A stretch of 21,537 bases of DNA from Synechococcales cyanobacterium VAR_4_metabat_354 (lineage in GTDB: Bacteria > Cyanobacteriota > Cyanobacteriia > Cyanobacteriales > Chamaesiphonaceae): positions 1-21,537 of the forward strand of contig JANOQI010000013.1 in NCBI GenBank assembly GCA_031414775.1, written 5' to 3'. Positions within the stretch are counted from its first letter, which is position 1, and the number at the start of each line of letters is the position of its first letter. Shown piece by piece: positions 1 through 9,540 of the stretch. Position numbers and translations under genes: made by a program. Under the pieces are notes generated by a model that saw nothing but the letters and a program-made list of their open reading frames with translations, did no database searches and was not told the origin of the DNA.

Positions 1-139
1 ACTTGTTGTAAGTTACTTTAATTGGATTTGGAAACATAGTCGATTTCAAACAACCGCAGCCCAGAGAGCAAATTTAACTACTGAACCTTGGGCTTGGAGA
101 GATTTAGCAACTTATTCCACAATCATTTGACGCACAACC
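1..139 (+). mobile_element. 3' end of IS1-family element: transposase C-terminus (2..130) and right terminal inverted repeat
   Basis: Frame 2 reads LVVSYFNWIWKHSRFQTTAAQRANLTTEPWAWRDLATYSTII* (TGA 128-130), like cyanobacterial IS1-type transposase C-termini. TGACGCACAACC (128-139) is GGTTGTGCGTCA on the minus strand, a GGT-starting IS1-type end. Confidence 0.75.
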
Positions 140-330
140 AAATAAGCGAACGGACAGTAACTAGAGAAGAAAGAGATGTATTGACACAAGTTGTCACTAG
201 GCTGATCAACAGATCAATTCTCCAAAAGAGACAGGAAATCCTCAGTCCCAACTCATCTTTTGATCGTAAACAGAATCTAAGTAATAATCTTACACGGCTA
301 GTAAATTTAGGACGATTCCGCTTTACTTAA
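140..330 (+). pseudogene. Probable 3' remnant of a gene interrupted by the IS1 element
   Basis: Open frame ...ISERTVTREERDVLTQVVTRLINRSILQKRQEILS...RFRFT* runs from the IS end to the stop at 330. The tracked ORF 88..330 starts at a TTG inside the IS. Confidence 0.45.
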
Positions 331-502
331 ACAACTTCCACAACTAAGAAATAGCCTTATACAAGCTCTAAATGGCACAAGAGTCAAATTTCCCTATTAA
401 CTTGATTACAACTATAATTTTTCTTTTTAATAACTCGCTCACATATAAAACTTGATTGCAATTATCTAGTCTAAAACAACCACAACTTACAGGCAGAATA
501 CA

Positions 503-1000
503 ATGGCTACTGTTTCTATCACATCCAACGAAGGTGAACTCGGCTCAGCATCCGCTGTGCTGGAGGTGATTGCCACCAACCCAGATTACAATCAACCAGC
601 ACTCCGCATCAAACAATCTAGTATCAAAGGCGGTGCCGCCTCCATCAGGATCGATGACCCAAATCCTGATATTGAATTTGTAGAAACCAATACTGAACAG
701 ATTCCGTCAGCAGGGAAGTATGAAATTGCCGTTAAATCAGACAAATTTCAGATTAATGGTCGCCAGAATGACGATAAAGGGTTCGAGACGATCGCTGTGT
801 TTCAACGGTTAGGAGCCGGTGGTAATATCGGCTTCCGCACTAGCAGCCAATTTGGTAATGGGAAAGGTGTCATTGCGATCGCCAATGCTACTGTGGCTCC
901 ATCGGTGAGTCCCGCCGGCGGTGGCATTTTATATGTTCAAGATGGGGCACTCAAATATAAAGGCTCAAGTGGGACAATAACCACGATTGCACCAGCTTAG
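503..1000 (+). CDS. Hypothetical beta-rich protein resembling a phage tail-fibre/tailspike C-terminal module
   Basis: 165-aa ORF with short Gly/Ser/Ile-rich beta strands. C-terminus GNIGFRTSSQFGNGKGVIAIANATVAPSVSPAGGGILYVQDGALKYKGSSGTITTIAPA recalls phage tail-protein C-termini. The ORF is convincing, the function is tentative. Confidence 0.6.
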   Translation: MATVSITSNEGELGSASAVLEVIATNPDYNQPALRIKQSSIKGGAASIRIDDPNPDIEFVETNTEQIPSAGKYEIAVKSDKFQINGRQNDDKGFETIAVFQRLGAGGNIGFRTSSQFGNGKGVIAIANATVAPSVSPAGGGILYVQDGALKYKGSSGTITTIAPA

Positions 1001-1005
1001 GTAAA

Positions 1006-1635
1006 TTACCCAATCTGACTTCTTACCCATTGCCGAAAAGTTTTCACTAACTCTAGATAATCCATGATTGGCGCTTGTTGTAAAAATCCGGTAATTTCCG
1101 AAATAGGAATGTTTGAAAAAAATTGACTCGTTTGGGAGGTGCTATAAATGCCATTTTGCAATTGTTGGATGACCAGAGATTCTCCGTTATAAACCCAGAC
1201 TTCGGCAACGCCTAAACCCGCATATACCTGGAGGCGATTACTAGAACTGCTAGTGATATCAATCTCTATCACCAGATCAGGTGCAGGATCTTTCATTAGA
1301 TCCAATCGCCGCTTGCCTCGAATCGCAGCGATGTTGCGAATATAAAAACATTTGTCAGGTTCTGCTCCACCTAATTCAGGTCTTTTAAATGTGGTTGAAC
1401 CAAGCGGATAAATTTGCACCGCCAATTCCTCAGCCAATGTTTCGACAAACCGACCGAGAACTTCTTTGCCGAATTCGTGTTCTGGAGAAGGAGTCATGAT
1501 TTCTAAATTGCCATGATAGTAAGTCAGCCGCAGACGCCGATCGCTCAATTCTTCCAGCAGCGTTTCGTAAGTTTGCCAACTAATCCCTGATAGGTTGATT
1601 ATTTCACTCGGTGGCTCGAACAGGATTGCAGTCAT
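1006..1635 (-). CDS. Uma2 family (DUF820) PD-(D/E)XK endonuclease-like protein
   Basis: ISWQTYE, RLTYYHGNLEIMTPSPEHE, GSTTF, EPDKCFYI, PDLVIEID, YAGLGVAEVW motifs. Confidence 0.93.
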   Translation of the reverse strand: MTAILFEPPSEIINLSGISWQTYETLLEELSDRRLRLTYYHGNLEIMTPSPEHEFGKEVLGRFVETLAEELAVQIYPLGSTTFKRPELGGAEPDKCFYIRNIAAIRGKRRLDLMKDPAPDLVIEIDITSSSSNRLQVYAGLGVAEVWVYNGESLVIQQLQNGIYSTSQTSQFFSNIPISEITGFLQQAPIMDYLELVKTFRQWVRSQIG

Positions 1636-1818
1636 AGGTTCAACCGAAAGTCTGATGTCTTTATTTTAGAGTAAATGTCCAATTAAATATGCTGTCGATC
1701 ACTTCACCTATTCACTATAGCCAGCAAACTACACAACGATCGCGTTGGCTATCTCAACTTGCCGAACTAATTTCTTTCGCGGAATTGAAACAGTAGTTCG
1801 ATTTTTAGCAGAGTATTC

Positions 1819-2592
1819 ATGATGATTATTGATTGCCACTGCCATGCTGGAAAAGGCGACCTGCTCACCGGACCTTGGGATACCAATGCCCCGATCGAGA
1901 CCTACCTGCGTCGCGCCAAGGCCGCTGGCATTGATAAAACCGTCATTTTTTCGCCATTTCATAGTGATTATGGTCAGGCCAACGCTAACACTGCCCGGAT
2001 CGTCGCGCGTTATCCTGATCGCTTAATTGGTTTTGCCTTTATTAATCCCCAGCGCGATCGAGGACGCATTCACCAGTTAATTAAACAAGCCGTGACCCAG
2101 TGGGGCTTTTGCGGTATCAAAGTCCATCGTATGGATGCCCCCGCCACCCGTGAACTGTGTGAAGTAGCGCAGGCTTTTCGTCTCCCCATTCTCTATGATC
2201 CGGCGGGAGAGACCGATATCATTGAGCTGTTGGCCAGTGAATATCCGCAGGTAAACTTGATCATTCCGCATTTAGGCAGCTTCGCTGATGATTGGAGGGC
2301 ATATTTGCGCGTCATCGATCAAATTGTGCGCTTTCCCAATGTTTATGCCGATACCTCTGGGGTGCGGCGGTTCGACTTTATCGTGCAAGCCATTCAGCGC
2401 GGTGGTGCTCATAAAATTTTGTTTGGCTCCGATGGACCTTGGCTGCATCCCGGTGTGGAGTTGCACAAAATTCGGTTGCTGGGATTACCGGCGCAACAAG
2501 AAGATTTAGTCCTGGGAAAAAACTTGTGGCGACTAGTAACTGGTTCTAGGAAACTGGGGAGTAATATAGCTACTATTCAACCTGGCCGATGA
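1819..2592 (+). CDS. Amidohydrolase family protein (Amidohydro_2, metal-dependent TIM barrel)
   Basis: IIDCHCH metal motif, GIKVH, IIPHLG, NVYADTSG, KILFGSDGP. Confidence 0.92.
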   Translation: MMIIDCHCHAGKGDLLTGPWDTNAPIETYLRRAKAAGIDKTVIFSPFHSDYGQANANTARIVARYPDRLIGFAFINPQRDRGRIHQLIKQAVTQWGFCGIKVHRMDAPATRELCEVAQAFRLPILYDPAGETDIIELLASEYPQVNLIIPHLGSFADDWRAYLRVIDQIVRFPNVYADTSGVRRFDFIVQAIQRGGAHKILFGSDGPWLHPGVELHKIRLLGLPAQQEDLVLGKNLWRLVTGSRKLGSNIATIQPGR

Positions 2593-3054
2593 TTCGATCG
2601 AACCAATAAATAAAGACACAAAGTACGCAATTAAGTGACATTTTTCTGGATATTCAGATTTGCTATCCTGTCTGATCGCACTTTATCGGTCAACTAGTCT
2701 TTTGGCTACTTTGTACCTAAATATGTGCTGTTACGTCTTTTTTTATTGCCAGATTTCTTGCATTTTATGCATGTAAATAATATATTGTTACTGACAAAGT
2801 CTCCAAACATAAAGGCAACAACACAATCAAAAGCTGATTGATTGAATAAATGTTGAATAAATATTTTACTTGACTCTCTCAAATGTGATGCCATTCATTT
2901 TTGGAGAGCAAGCAAACAGAAGTGATTAACATTTCATTGAAGACTTTAAGCTCCAAAAAGGTAATTCCATCAGCAAATGATCGTAAAAATTAGCATAGTC
3001 ATAATTTTATTATGATTTTTCATTGCGTTAAAAACCTGGCTTAGAGCTTTCACC

Positions 3055-3516
3055 ATGAAAAAACAGAATACTTTAATCAAAGATAACGATAAATTAGAAA
3101 AATTAGATAACTTTAGTGAATTTAATATTGTGGGAGACTTTCGAGTTAACAACCATCAGTACCTGATCATTGAGCAGATTGCTGATCTCGAAACTGCCAT
3201 CAAACTGAAATCTCTAGCTTTTTATTTTCTAGTATTGAATTTACAGATTGCTTTTTTAAAAATTACTGGGCTAACTTTAGCTATCATTCTGGCAAATAAT
3301 TTGGCCAATCTGGACTCCGGTATTACCGGAATTCTGACCCAGAGAGAATTGCAAATTGCTAATCTGGTGGCACAAGGACACTGCAATAAACAAATTGCCA
3401 GTCAGCTAAAAATCAGTGAATGGACAGTTTCAACGCATTTGCGCCGGGTATTTGCCAAGTTAGGTGTCGATAGCCGCGCTGCGATGGTCTATCGTTGTGC
3501 TTCAGTACTCCAATAA
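3055..3516 (+). CDS. LuxR-type helix-turn-helix transcriptional regulator without receiver domain
   Basis: C-terminal LTQRELQIANLVAQGHCNKQIASQLKISEWTVSTHLRRVFAKLGVDSR is a GerE/LuxR HTH. Confidence 0.9.
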   Translation: MKKQNTLIKDNDKLEKLDNFSEFNIVGDFRVNNHQYLIIEQIADLETAIKLKSLAFYFLVLNLQIAFLKITGLTLAIILANNLANLDSGITGILTQRELQIANLVAQGHCNKQIASQLKISEWTVSTHLRRVFAKLGVDSRAAMVYRCASVLQ

Positions 3517-3594
3517 ACTTGTTAATTTCCTATGACCGGATAGTTGATTTGAGGAAAGTAGATTGGCTAAAATTCAAGGCTATTGCTAATTTTC

Positions 3595-4035
3595 CTAAAA
3601 TACCAGTGAGGGATTTTGAGCAGCAAAATCTAGCAAAACTTGTCGATGGACAGGCCCAATCATCTTCTTTGCACCAGCTTTTGTGGAATAAGCTTCGCCA
3701 GCCTCAATTTCTGCCAAACTCAACAGCCCTAAGTCCCAACCCTCTAACAGATTGAGTTGATCGATCGATACCGTCAAAGGAGCATAAAAAATATTACGGT
3801 GAACCCTTTCATCAGCATAGACCCCAAACTTGCAAAAACCAGCAGGTAAAGCATAAGCAATTTCCTCGGCAATTTCCCTGACCACGGCCACTTCTGGCGT
3901 TTCTCCCGCTTCCATATGGCCACCAAAAAATCCCCATAATCCTGGATACAGAATAGTGGGGATGTCGTCGCGTAGTTGCATCAGAGACTTACCCTCTCGA
4001 TACAAGATACAGATAGCGACAGGATTAGGAGACAT
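3595..4035 (-). CDS. NUDIX hydrolase
   Basis: Nudix box GGHMEAGETPEVAVVREIAEEIA; upstream QLRDD..PGLWG. Confidence 0.92.
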   Translation of the reverse strand: MSPNPVAICILYREGKSLMQLRDDIPTILYPGLWGFFGGHMEAGETPEVAVVREIAEEIAYALPAGFCKFGVYADERVHRNIFYAPLTVSIDQLNLLEGWDLGLLSLAEIEAGEAYSTKAGAKKMIGPVHRQVLLDFAAQNPSLVF

Positions 4036-4056
4036 ATGCTTAATTATTAGTTTTAA

Positions 4057-5724
4057 CTAACGACTTTTGAGCATCGCAGAAGAAAAATTAGTAATAGCAT
4101 TGATCGCTACATTCAAGAAGTTAGTTGGTTGCAATTCCACTTTGAGCAACTGCCATAGCTGTTGTACTTCGTGCAAATGTAACTGATCATCTTCTGTCAG
4201 TGCCATAACCAACTTATTCCGTAAGAATTGTCCTTCATCAGATAATAAAAACTGAAGACCCATTTGAGCCGTGGGCAACAGATCGAAGCTTCCTTCACTG
4301 CGGGCGATGCCGATCATATTTTCCAGGCGATTCCACTGAATCTTACCGTCTTTTAAGACTACTTCAATCAGACGCTGTCGCATTTCCGGTGTTTCACCAT
4401 TCAGTAACCGTTGTGCTACATACGGGTAGCCAATTTCCACTATCTTGAATTCCGGATTGAGAGTGAGTGCCACTCCTTCTTGGGTGACTAACGATCGAAT
4501 GATCAAAGAAAACTGCGCTGGCACCCGGAAAGGATACTCAAACATCAAATCCGAAAACTCATCAGTAATGGTTTTGAAGTTGAAATTCCCGACACTTTCG
4601 CCGATTGCATTGTCTAAAACCTTTTCCAGAGCGGGAATGATTGGCGAGATATCAATGTCAGGGGTCAAAAATCCTAGTTCTACAAAATCTTTGGTGAGTG
4701 ATGAATAGTCCTTATTGATGACATGGACAATCGATCCAGCAATGGTTTCTTTGGTGTGCTGGGTCAGCTGATCCATCATTCCAAAATCAATAAAGGCCAT
4801 GCGGCCATCAGCCAACACAAACAAATTGCCGGGATGGGGATCGGCATGGAAAAAGCCGAACTCCAGTAACTGACGCATCCCCGCATTAACACAGACTCTG
4901 ATGATACTATCCGGGTTCAATCCCGCCCGCTGGATACCCTCAACATCGGTTAACTTGATGCCATCAATCCATTCCAATGTCAGAACGTTGCGGCTGGTAT
5001 AGCGCCAGTAGATGAGGGGTACTTTGATTTCGGGGTCATCTTGGAAATTGGCTGCAAACTTTTCAGCATTGCGGCCTTCGTTAATGTAATCAATTTCTTC
5101 AAAGAGTTTGACTCCAAACTCATCCACTACAATCATTAAGTTGTGGCCGAGATTCAGAGGCAAAAAAGGTGTAACCCAAGTGGCCGCCCACCGCATCAGA
5201 AAAAGATCGAGAGTAATAGTTGGTAGCAGATTAGGCCGTTGCACTTTGACGGCTACTTGTTCGCCGCTGTACAACCGGGCTTTGTAAACCTGACCGAGAC
5301 TGGCTGCCGCGATTGGCTGTGGTGAAATTTCTCGGTATAAATCCTCGATCGGCTTATTTAGTTGGGACTCAATGATCTGAAAAGCTTCATTGGTACTAAA
5401 AGGCGGCAGCTGATCTTGGAGTTTAATCAGTTCATCCAAAAAGTCTTGGCGAATTAAGTCTGGCCGCGTAGATAGAGCCTGGCCAACTTTGATATAGGTT
5501 GGTCCTAATGCCGTAATCATCTCGCGCAACTGATTAGCCCGCCCAATTTTGTTTGCTTCTAGAGTGCCGACCGACCTGTCCAACTGCAATCCAATTAAAA
5601 ATCCAGAAAAGTACCAGATGACTTTGATGGCTCTTAATATTACTAACCAAGGACGAAACCGATAGTATTTGGCGATAGCGGCAGGGTCGTATCGACGCAG
5701 TTGGGCAAGAAAAGACTGACTCAC
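4057..5724 (-). CDS. ABC1/AarF/UbiB family atypical protein kinase
   Basis: LGPTYIKVGQ, PIAAASLGQVYKA, VAVKVQRP, FFHADPHPGN, DFGMM motifs; GTG start. Confidence 0.95.
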   Translation of the reverse strand: MSQSFLAQLRRYDPAAIAKYYRFRPWLVILRAIKVIWYFSGFLIGLQLDRSVGTLEANKIGRANQLREMITALGPTYIKVGQALSTRPDLIRQDFLDELIKLQDQLPPFSTNEAFQIIESQLNKPIEDLYREISPQPIAAASLGQVYKARLYSGEQVAVKVQRPNLLPTITLDLFLMRWAATWVTPFLPLNLGHNLMIVVDEFGVKLFEEIDYINEGRNAEKFAANFQDDPEIKVPLIYWRYTSRNVLTLEWIDGIKLTDVEGIQRAGLNPDSIIRVCVNAGMRQLLEFGFFHADPHPGNLFVLADGRMAFIDFGMMDQLTQHTKETIAGSIVHVINKDYSSLTKDFVELGFLTPDIDISPIIPALEKVLDNAIGESVGNFNFKTITDEFSDLMFEYPFRVPAQFSLIIRSLVTQEGVALTLNPEFKIVEIGYPYVAQRLLNGETPEMRQRLIEVVLKDGKIQWNRLENMIGIARSEGSFDLLPTAQMGLQFLLSDEGQFLRNKLVMALTEDDQLHLHEVQQLWQLLKVELQPTNFLNVAINAITNFSSAMLKSR

Positions 5725-5869
5725 GAAGGTAACTTAACCTCTCAAGATGTAAAAGCTAGTGGTAGTAGCTTCCGTATTATGTATACATATTAACTTTTCT
5801 CTCATAAAGGATTGTTTTTTCTTAAGATTTGCCTCATAAATTACATATTCTACTGACTAGTTGTGTTAT

Positions 5870-6277
5870 CTAGGGAACCACTAAAACCGGACAAGGGGAA
5901 AGATTTATCACCCGGCTGGCGACACTTTCGGTGGCATGTTCTTCATCGATCCCAATCCCACGACTACCCATCGCAATTAGATCGGCATTGATCTCATCAG
6001 CCACATCACAAATCGTAAAAGCCGGATTACCATCGCGCTGGAGTACTTCGGTTTTGATATTGTGCTGAGCAAGTATTTCTTGGACTTCTACCAGCAGCAG
6101 ACTAACATCATCATTGGCCACGGCTTCGCCGACTACTGCTGCATCCACCACCGTCGTATCGGTGACGGCCAGTAAAATGACCTCGCCTTGATATTTTTGA
6201 ACCATTTCGACTACGATTTTGATAGCGGAATGAGCTTCACGGCTCTGATGAATTGGGCAAAGAATTTTTTGAAACAT
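5870..6277 (-). CDS. Universal stress protein (USP)
   Basis: MFQKILCPI...GNPAFTICDVADEINADLIAMGSRG...SVASRVINLSPCPVLVVP. Start placed at ATG 6277 rather than 6316 to fit the family N-terminus. Confidence 0.92.
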   Translation of the reverse strand: MFQKILCPIHQSREAHSAIKIVVEMVQKYQGEVILLAVTDTTVVDAAVVGEAVANDDVSLLLVEVQEILAQHNIKTEVLQRDGNPAFTICDVADEINADLIAMGSRGIGIDEEHATESVASRVINLSPCPVLVVP

Positions 6278-6353
6278 GATTTGGGAAGGCTCACTGGACA
6301 TAAGACAGTTTTTCACTGACTTTCAGCTTAATCTATCCTCCATTAACAATTCG

Positions 6354-6824
6354 TTAAAGGGTGACAGGATCACGCGCTACCATTTGCAAAATCTGTTGAG
6401 CAATTTCGGGTTCGATCGACATCACCGATAACCGATTTCCTGGCCGTACTACCAACAATTCTGCCGATGTGAATCGATCGCGCAACTCATTCAAGGTAAT
6501 TCCTGGACTAAAGGTTTGCAGATATTCTACTTCTACTGTATGCCAGCGGGGAGTCTGGACGGTGGACTTGGGATCATAATATTCACCATTGGCATCAAAC
6601 TGGCTAGGATCGACCACCAACGCTTGGCTAACCTGCATCAAACCCACAATCCCTGGCAGTTTGGTATTGGAATGATAGAAAAAAGCTCGATCGCCAATCT
6701 GCATGGCCTTCAGGAAGTTACGAGCTTGGTAGTTTCGCACCCCATCCCAAATGGTTTTTCCCTGATCTTGAAGTGTATCAATGCCGTACACATCTGGCTC
6801 GGATTTCATCAACCAATATTGCAT
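6354..6824 (-). CDS. EVE domain-containing protein
   Basis: MQYWLMKSEPDVY, WDGVRNYQARNFL, FFYHSN, GNRLSVM. Start at ATG 6824, downstream of the hairpin at 6913-6949. Confidence 0.93.
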   Translation of the reverse strand: MQYWLMKSEPDVYGIDTLQDQGKTIWDGVRNYQARNFLKAMQIGDRAFFYHSNTKLPGIVGLMQVSQALVVDPSQFDANGEYYDPKSTVQTPRWHTVEVEYLQTFSPGITLNELRDRFTSAELLVVRPGNRLSVMSIEPEIAQQILQMVARDPVTL

Positions 6825-6912
6825 CTTTAAATGTTTTGGATAAAGTCTCTGATCAGAACGGTGGATGTCGATGTCTCCGCGCGAAGAATCGGCTGAACTT
6901 GGTCTAGCTAGC

Positions 6913-6949
6913 ATCCCTCAATCTTGTCAGTCTCTCAAAATTGAGGGAT
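6913..6949. terminator. Stem-loop, probable terminator of the 6963..7382 gene
   Basis: Perfect 10-bp inverted repeat ATCCCTCAAT (6913-6922) / ATTGAGGGAT (6940-6949) just after the stop of the minus-strand gene. Confidence 0.5.
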
Positions 6950-6962
6950 TACTAATAGCTAG

Positions 6963-7382
6963 CTACTTAGTAGAACCCGGTGACATGCTAGGGCTAACAC
7001 TAGGTAACAGCATGGGTTTGGCAATATTCCTAGTCGGAGTGCGCCGCTTACTGGTAACATTCTTGCGAACAGAACAGCGGCGATGCTCTTTGACGGTCAG
7101 GGTTTTTGGATCAATATTTTGACCATCGATCATCACCGATTGAAATTTGCCAACTTTAGCGATCAGCGCTTCCCCACAAGCATTGGTATCTACCTTGCGC
7201 CTACCATCTTTGCCAGTCGCGCTTCTGTATTGAACATCATATTTTTTCTTGGCCTTGAGGCCAGTTACTACTACTTGATCAATCTTGGTTTTATAGGCTT
7301 CTAAAGCCGTTACGGCCGATGTGCCTGTGATAATTGTGACAAGAGCAATCGCTAAAGCTGAAATCGAGGTAGAAGGTTTCAT
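6963..7382 (-). CDS. Hypothetical basic secreted protein
   Basis: N-terminal signal-peptide-like segment (MKPSTSISALAIALVTIITGTSAVTA), two Cys, Lys/Arg-rich region and Pro/Ser tail. Confidence 0.7.
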   Translation of the reverse strand: MKPSTSISALAIALVTIITGTSAVTALEAYKTKIDQVVVTGLKAKKKYDVQYRSATGKDGRRKVDTNACGEALIAKVGKFQSVMIDGQNIDPKTLTVKEHRRCSVRKNVTSKRRTPTRNIAKPMLLPSVSPSMSPGSTK

Positions 7383-7532
7383 GGAGATGGGGGGATTAGA
7401 ACAATGAATGGGTAGGCTATACTAAAGCCTTACCTTGATAAGAATATAGGATTAGACAGTATTGTGATCGTTGTCTACAATTAAAAAGCAGAGTTGCGTA
7501 GTGGGTTTACCGGACTCTAAATTTGAGGAGGA

Positions 7533-8396
7533 GTGGCTTTGGACGAATTACACACAGTACTAGAGTTAGCAACAGACGAAGAGTTGCAGCAGCTTACCAG
7601 AATTCTTTTTTGCCGGAAATTTAATCCTCTGGACTATATGAGTACTCCTGATGCTTTGGAAATTCAAAGTCAGGAACGAGTCGAGTGGATCGAATCGATC
7701 GAACAACGCTTTCGCTATTTGGCCGCTGATGGCCTGACCGTTTTACAAGGTCGTACCCAGCAAATTAGCTACCGGCAAGTCGTGATCCAAGTCTGCCGCT
7801 ACCTGAAGATGCCCTATTCTAAGCAGCTCAGCACTGAAGACCTGGAAGCAGAGCTGTTTTTGCATTTGATGGGCAAAGCCTGGCAGCAGTTGCCAGCAGC
7901 CGAACAGACTGCCATTACCACCAAGGTGCAAAAGTCCTTGAGCCAATCCAATTTTTCTCAGCCGCTGCCGCTGCATGTTCAACACGATCCGATGAAGTTG
8001 CTTTTAACTGGCAGCAGCGCTTTGGTGATGAGTTCGGTGGTACAACCAGTGGTTTTACAGCACATTGCCAAGCAATTCGCCATTCATTTTGCGACTTATC
8101 AAGTTACCAGGCAAGCTGTCCAAGGCGGGATCGCGGCCACTGGTCAAATTCAAGCCTATGTCACCATGCAATTGGCTAAACGGGGCATGATAGCTAATGT
8201 TGCTCGTCAAGGAGCAGTGCGTGGTGTATTCGCAGTGCTCGGTCCGGTGATGTGGGGTTGGTTTTTTGCTGATTTAGGTTGGCGAGCGATTTCCACGAAT
8301 TATGGACGCATTATCCCTACTATTGTGGCACTTGCTCAAATTCGACTAGTGCGCGGATCATATCTAGACAGTAATGATTGCTGGGAAATTGCTTAG
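7533..8396 (+). CDS. YaaW family protein (conserved in cyanobacteria)
   Basis: LELATDEELQQLTRILF.RKFNPLDY, RFRYLAADGLTVL, DLGWRAISTNYGRIIP; GAGGAG immediately upstream. Confidence 0.8.
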   Translation: MALDELHTVLELATDEELQQLTRILFCRKFNPLDYMSTPDALEIQSQERVEWIESIEQRFRYLAADGLTVLQGRTQQISYRQVVIQVCRYLKMPYSKQLSTEDLEAELFLHLMGKAWQQLPAAEQTAITTKVQKSLSQSNFSQPLPLHVQHDPMKLLLTGSSALVMSSVVQPVVLQHIAKQFAIHFATYQVTRQAVQGGIAATGQIQAYVTMQLAKRGMIANVARQGAVRGVFAVLGPVMWGWFFADLGWRAISTNYGRIIPTIVALAQIRLVRGSYLDSNDCWEIA

Positions 8397-8416
8397 CTAC
8401 TCCATGAAAATAGCCG

Positions 8417-9262
8417 ATGTCTAAAAATGCCCAGGCCACCACTCTATATTTGGTGGGTACTCCCATTGGCAACCTCGAAGATATTACCTTCCGCGCCGTG
8501 CGCATTCTCCAAGAAGTAGATCTGATTGCCGCCGAGGATACCAGGCATACTGGCAAGCTCCTCCATCATTTTCAAATTAAGACACCGCAAATTAGCTGTC
8601 ACGAGCATAACGAACGTCAGCAGATTCCCCACCTAATTACTAAATTGACAGCGGGGCAATCGATCGCCTTAGTCACCGATGCCGGAATGCCAGGGATTTC
8701 TGACCCCGGTTTTTTGCTGGTCGCCGCTTGTGTTGCCGCTGGAATCACCGTCGTGCCAATTCCCGGTGTGACGGCTGTAATTACTGGGTTAAGTGCCTCG
8801 GGATTGGCTAGCGATCGATTCGTTTTTGAAGGGTTTTTGCCAGTAAAGGGGATCGATCGACAGCAGCGCCTCTCGGCTATTAAGTCGGAAACGCGCACGA
8901 TTGTTTTCTATGAAGCCCCTCATCGGCTGCGTCGCACGCTGGCCGATTTGGCAGATCAGCTAGAACCTCAGCGCCAGGTAGTATTGGCGAGAGAATTAAC
9001 CAAAATGCACGAAGAATTTTGGCGCGGCAGCTTGGAGAGTGCGATCGAACATCACCAAAATAAAGAACCCCAAGGGGAATATGTGGTGATTGTGGCTGGA
9101 GCCGAGTTTCTCACGCCCCAATGGTCAGATGATCTGATTAAGACGGAGTTGGTGCAGCTGTTGGCGCAGGGGATCTCTCGATCGGATGCCAGTAAGCAGT
9201 TGGCTTCTTTAACAGCAGTGAACAAGCGACATATTTATCAGCTGTCGCTCCAGATTAGCTAG
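8417..9262 (+). CDS. rsmI: 16S rRNA (cytidine(1402)-2'-O)-methyltransferase
   Basis: LYLVGTPIGNLEDIT.RA, IAAEDTR, VTDAGMPGISDPG, FEGFLP, FYEAPHR, ARELTKMHEE. Confidence 0.96.
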   Translation: MSKNAQATTLYLVGTPIGNLEDITFRAVRILQEVDLIAAEDTRHTGKLLHHFQIKTPQISCHEHNERQQIPHLITKLTAGQSIALVTDAGMPGISDPGFLLVAACVAAGITVVPIPGVTAVITGLSASGLASDRFVFEGFLPVKGIDRQQRLSAIKSETRTIVFYEAPHRLRRTLADLADQLEPQRQVVLARELTKMHEEFWRGSLESAIEHHQNKEPQGEYVVIVAGAEFLTPQWSDDLIKTELVQLLAQGISRSDASKQLASLTAVNKRHIYQLSLQIS

Positions 9263-9290
9263 CGGCAAATGCTTGACGTTAGAATCAGGC

Positions 9291-9322
9291 TGACACTCCT
9301 CGGCTGAAGTTCAAAGGATTCT
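9291..9322 (-). mobile_element. Degenerate IS200/IS605-family end (subterminal hairpin remnant)
   Basis: Minus strand AGAATCCTTTGAACTTCAGCCGAGGAGTGTCA follows the AGAATCC...TT(C/T)AG...GGAGTGTCAA pattern of cyanobacterial IS605/tnpB right ends; no tnpA or tnpB adjacent. Confidence 0.55.
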
Positions 9323-9540
9323 AATCGGATGTCTTCCAGTGGGGTAAGGTCATTCTTGTGACTCGGCTTACTCAAAAATAACCTTGAGAGGGTGGAGGAT
9401 TCAGGCAAAATAACGATCCTAAACCCTCCGAAGCACATATTTAACTAATGAACTTTAGGTAGTTTGACAGCTTTGCAGATACAAAGCTTAGGATCGAGAG
9501 CTAAAAAACCTGTAATTCTGGTTATTCGGCTCCCATTTCC

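Noticed and set aside
88..330. 80-aa ORF as an intact gene
   Set aside because: Its TTG start lies inside the IS1 transposase tail; the ORF is a chimera of IS sequence and a disrupted gene end.
2706..3152. Minus-strand ORFs 2706..2894 and 2970..3152
   Set aside because: AT-rich, no recognisable motif or SD; the second is antisense to the LuxR gene.
6825..6914. N-terminal extension of the EVE ORF
   Set aside because: The family starts at M.YWLMKSEP (6824), and the upstream ATG falls at the edge of the terminator-like hairpin.
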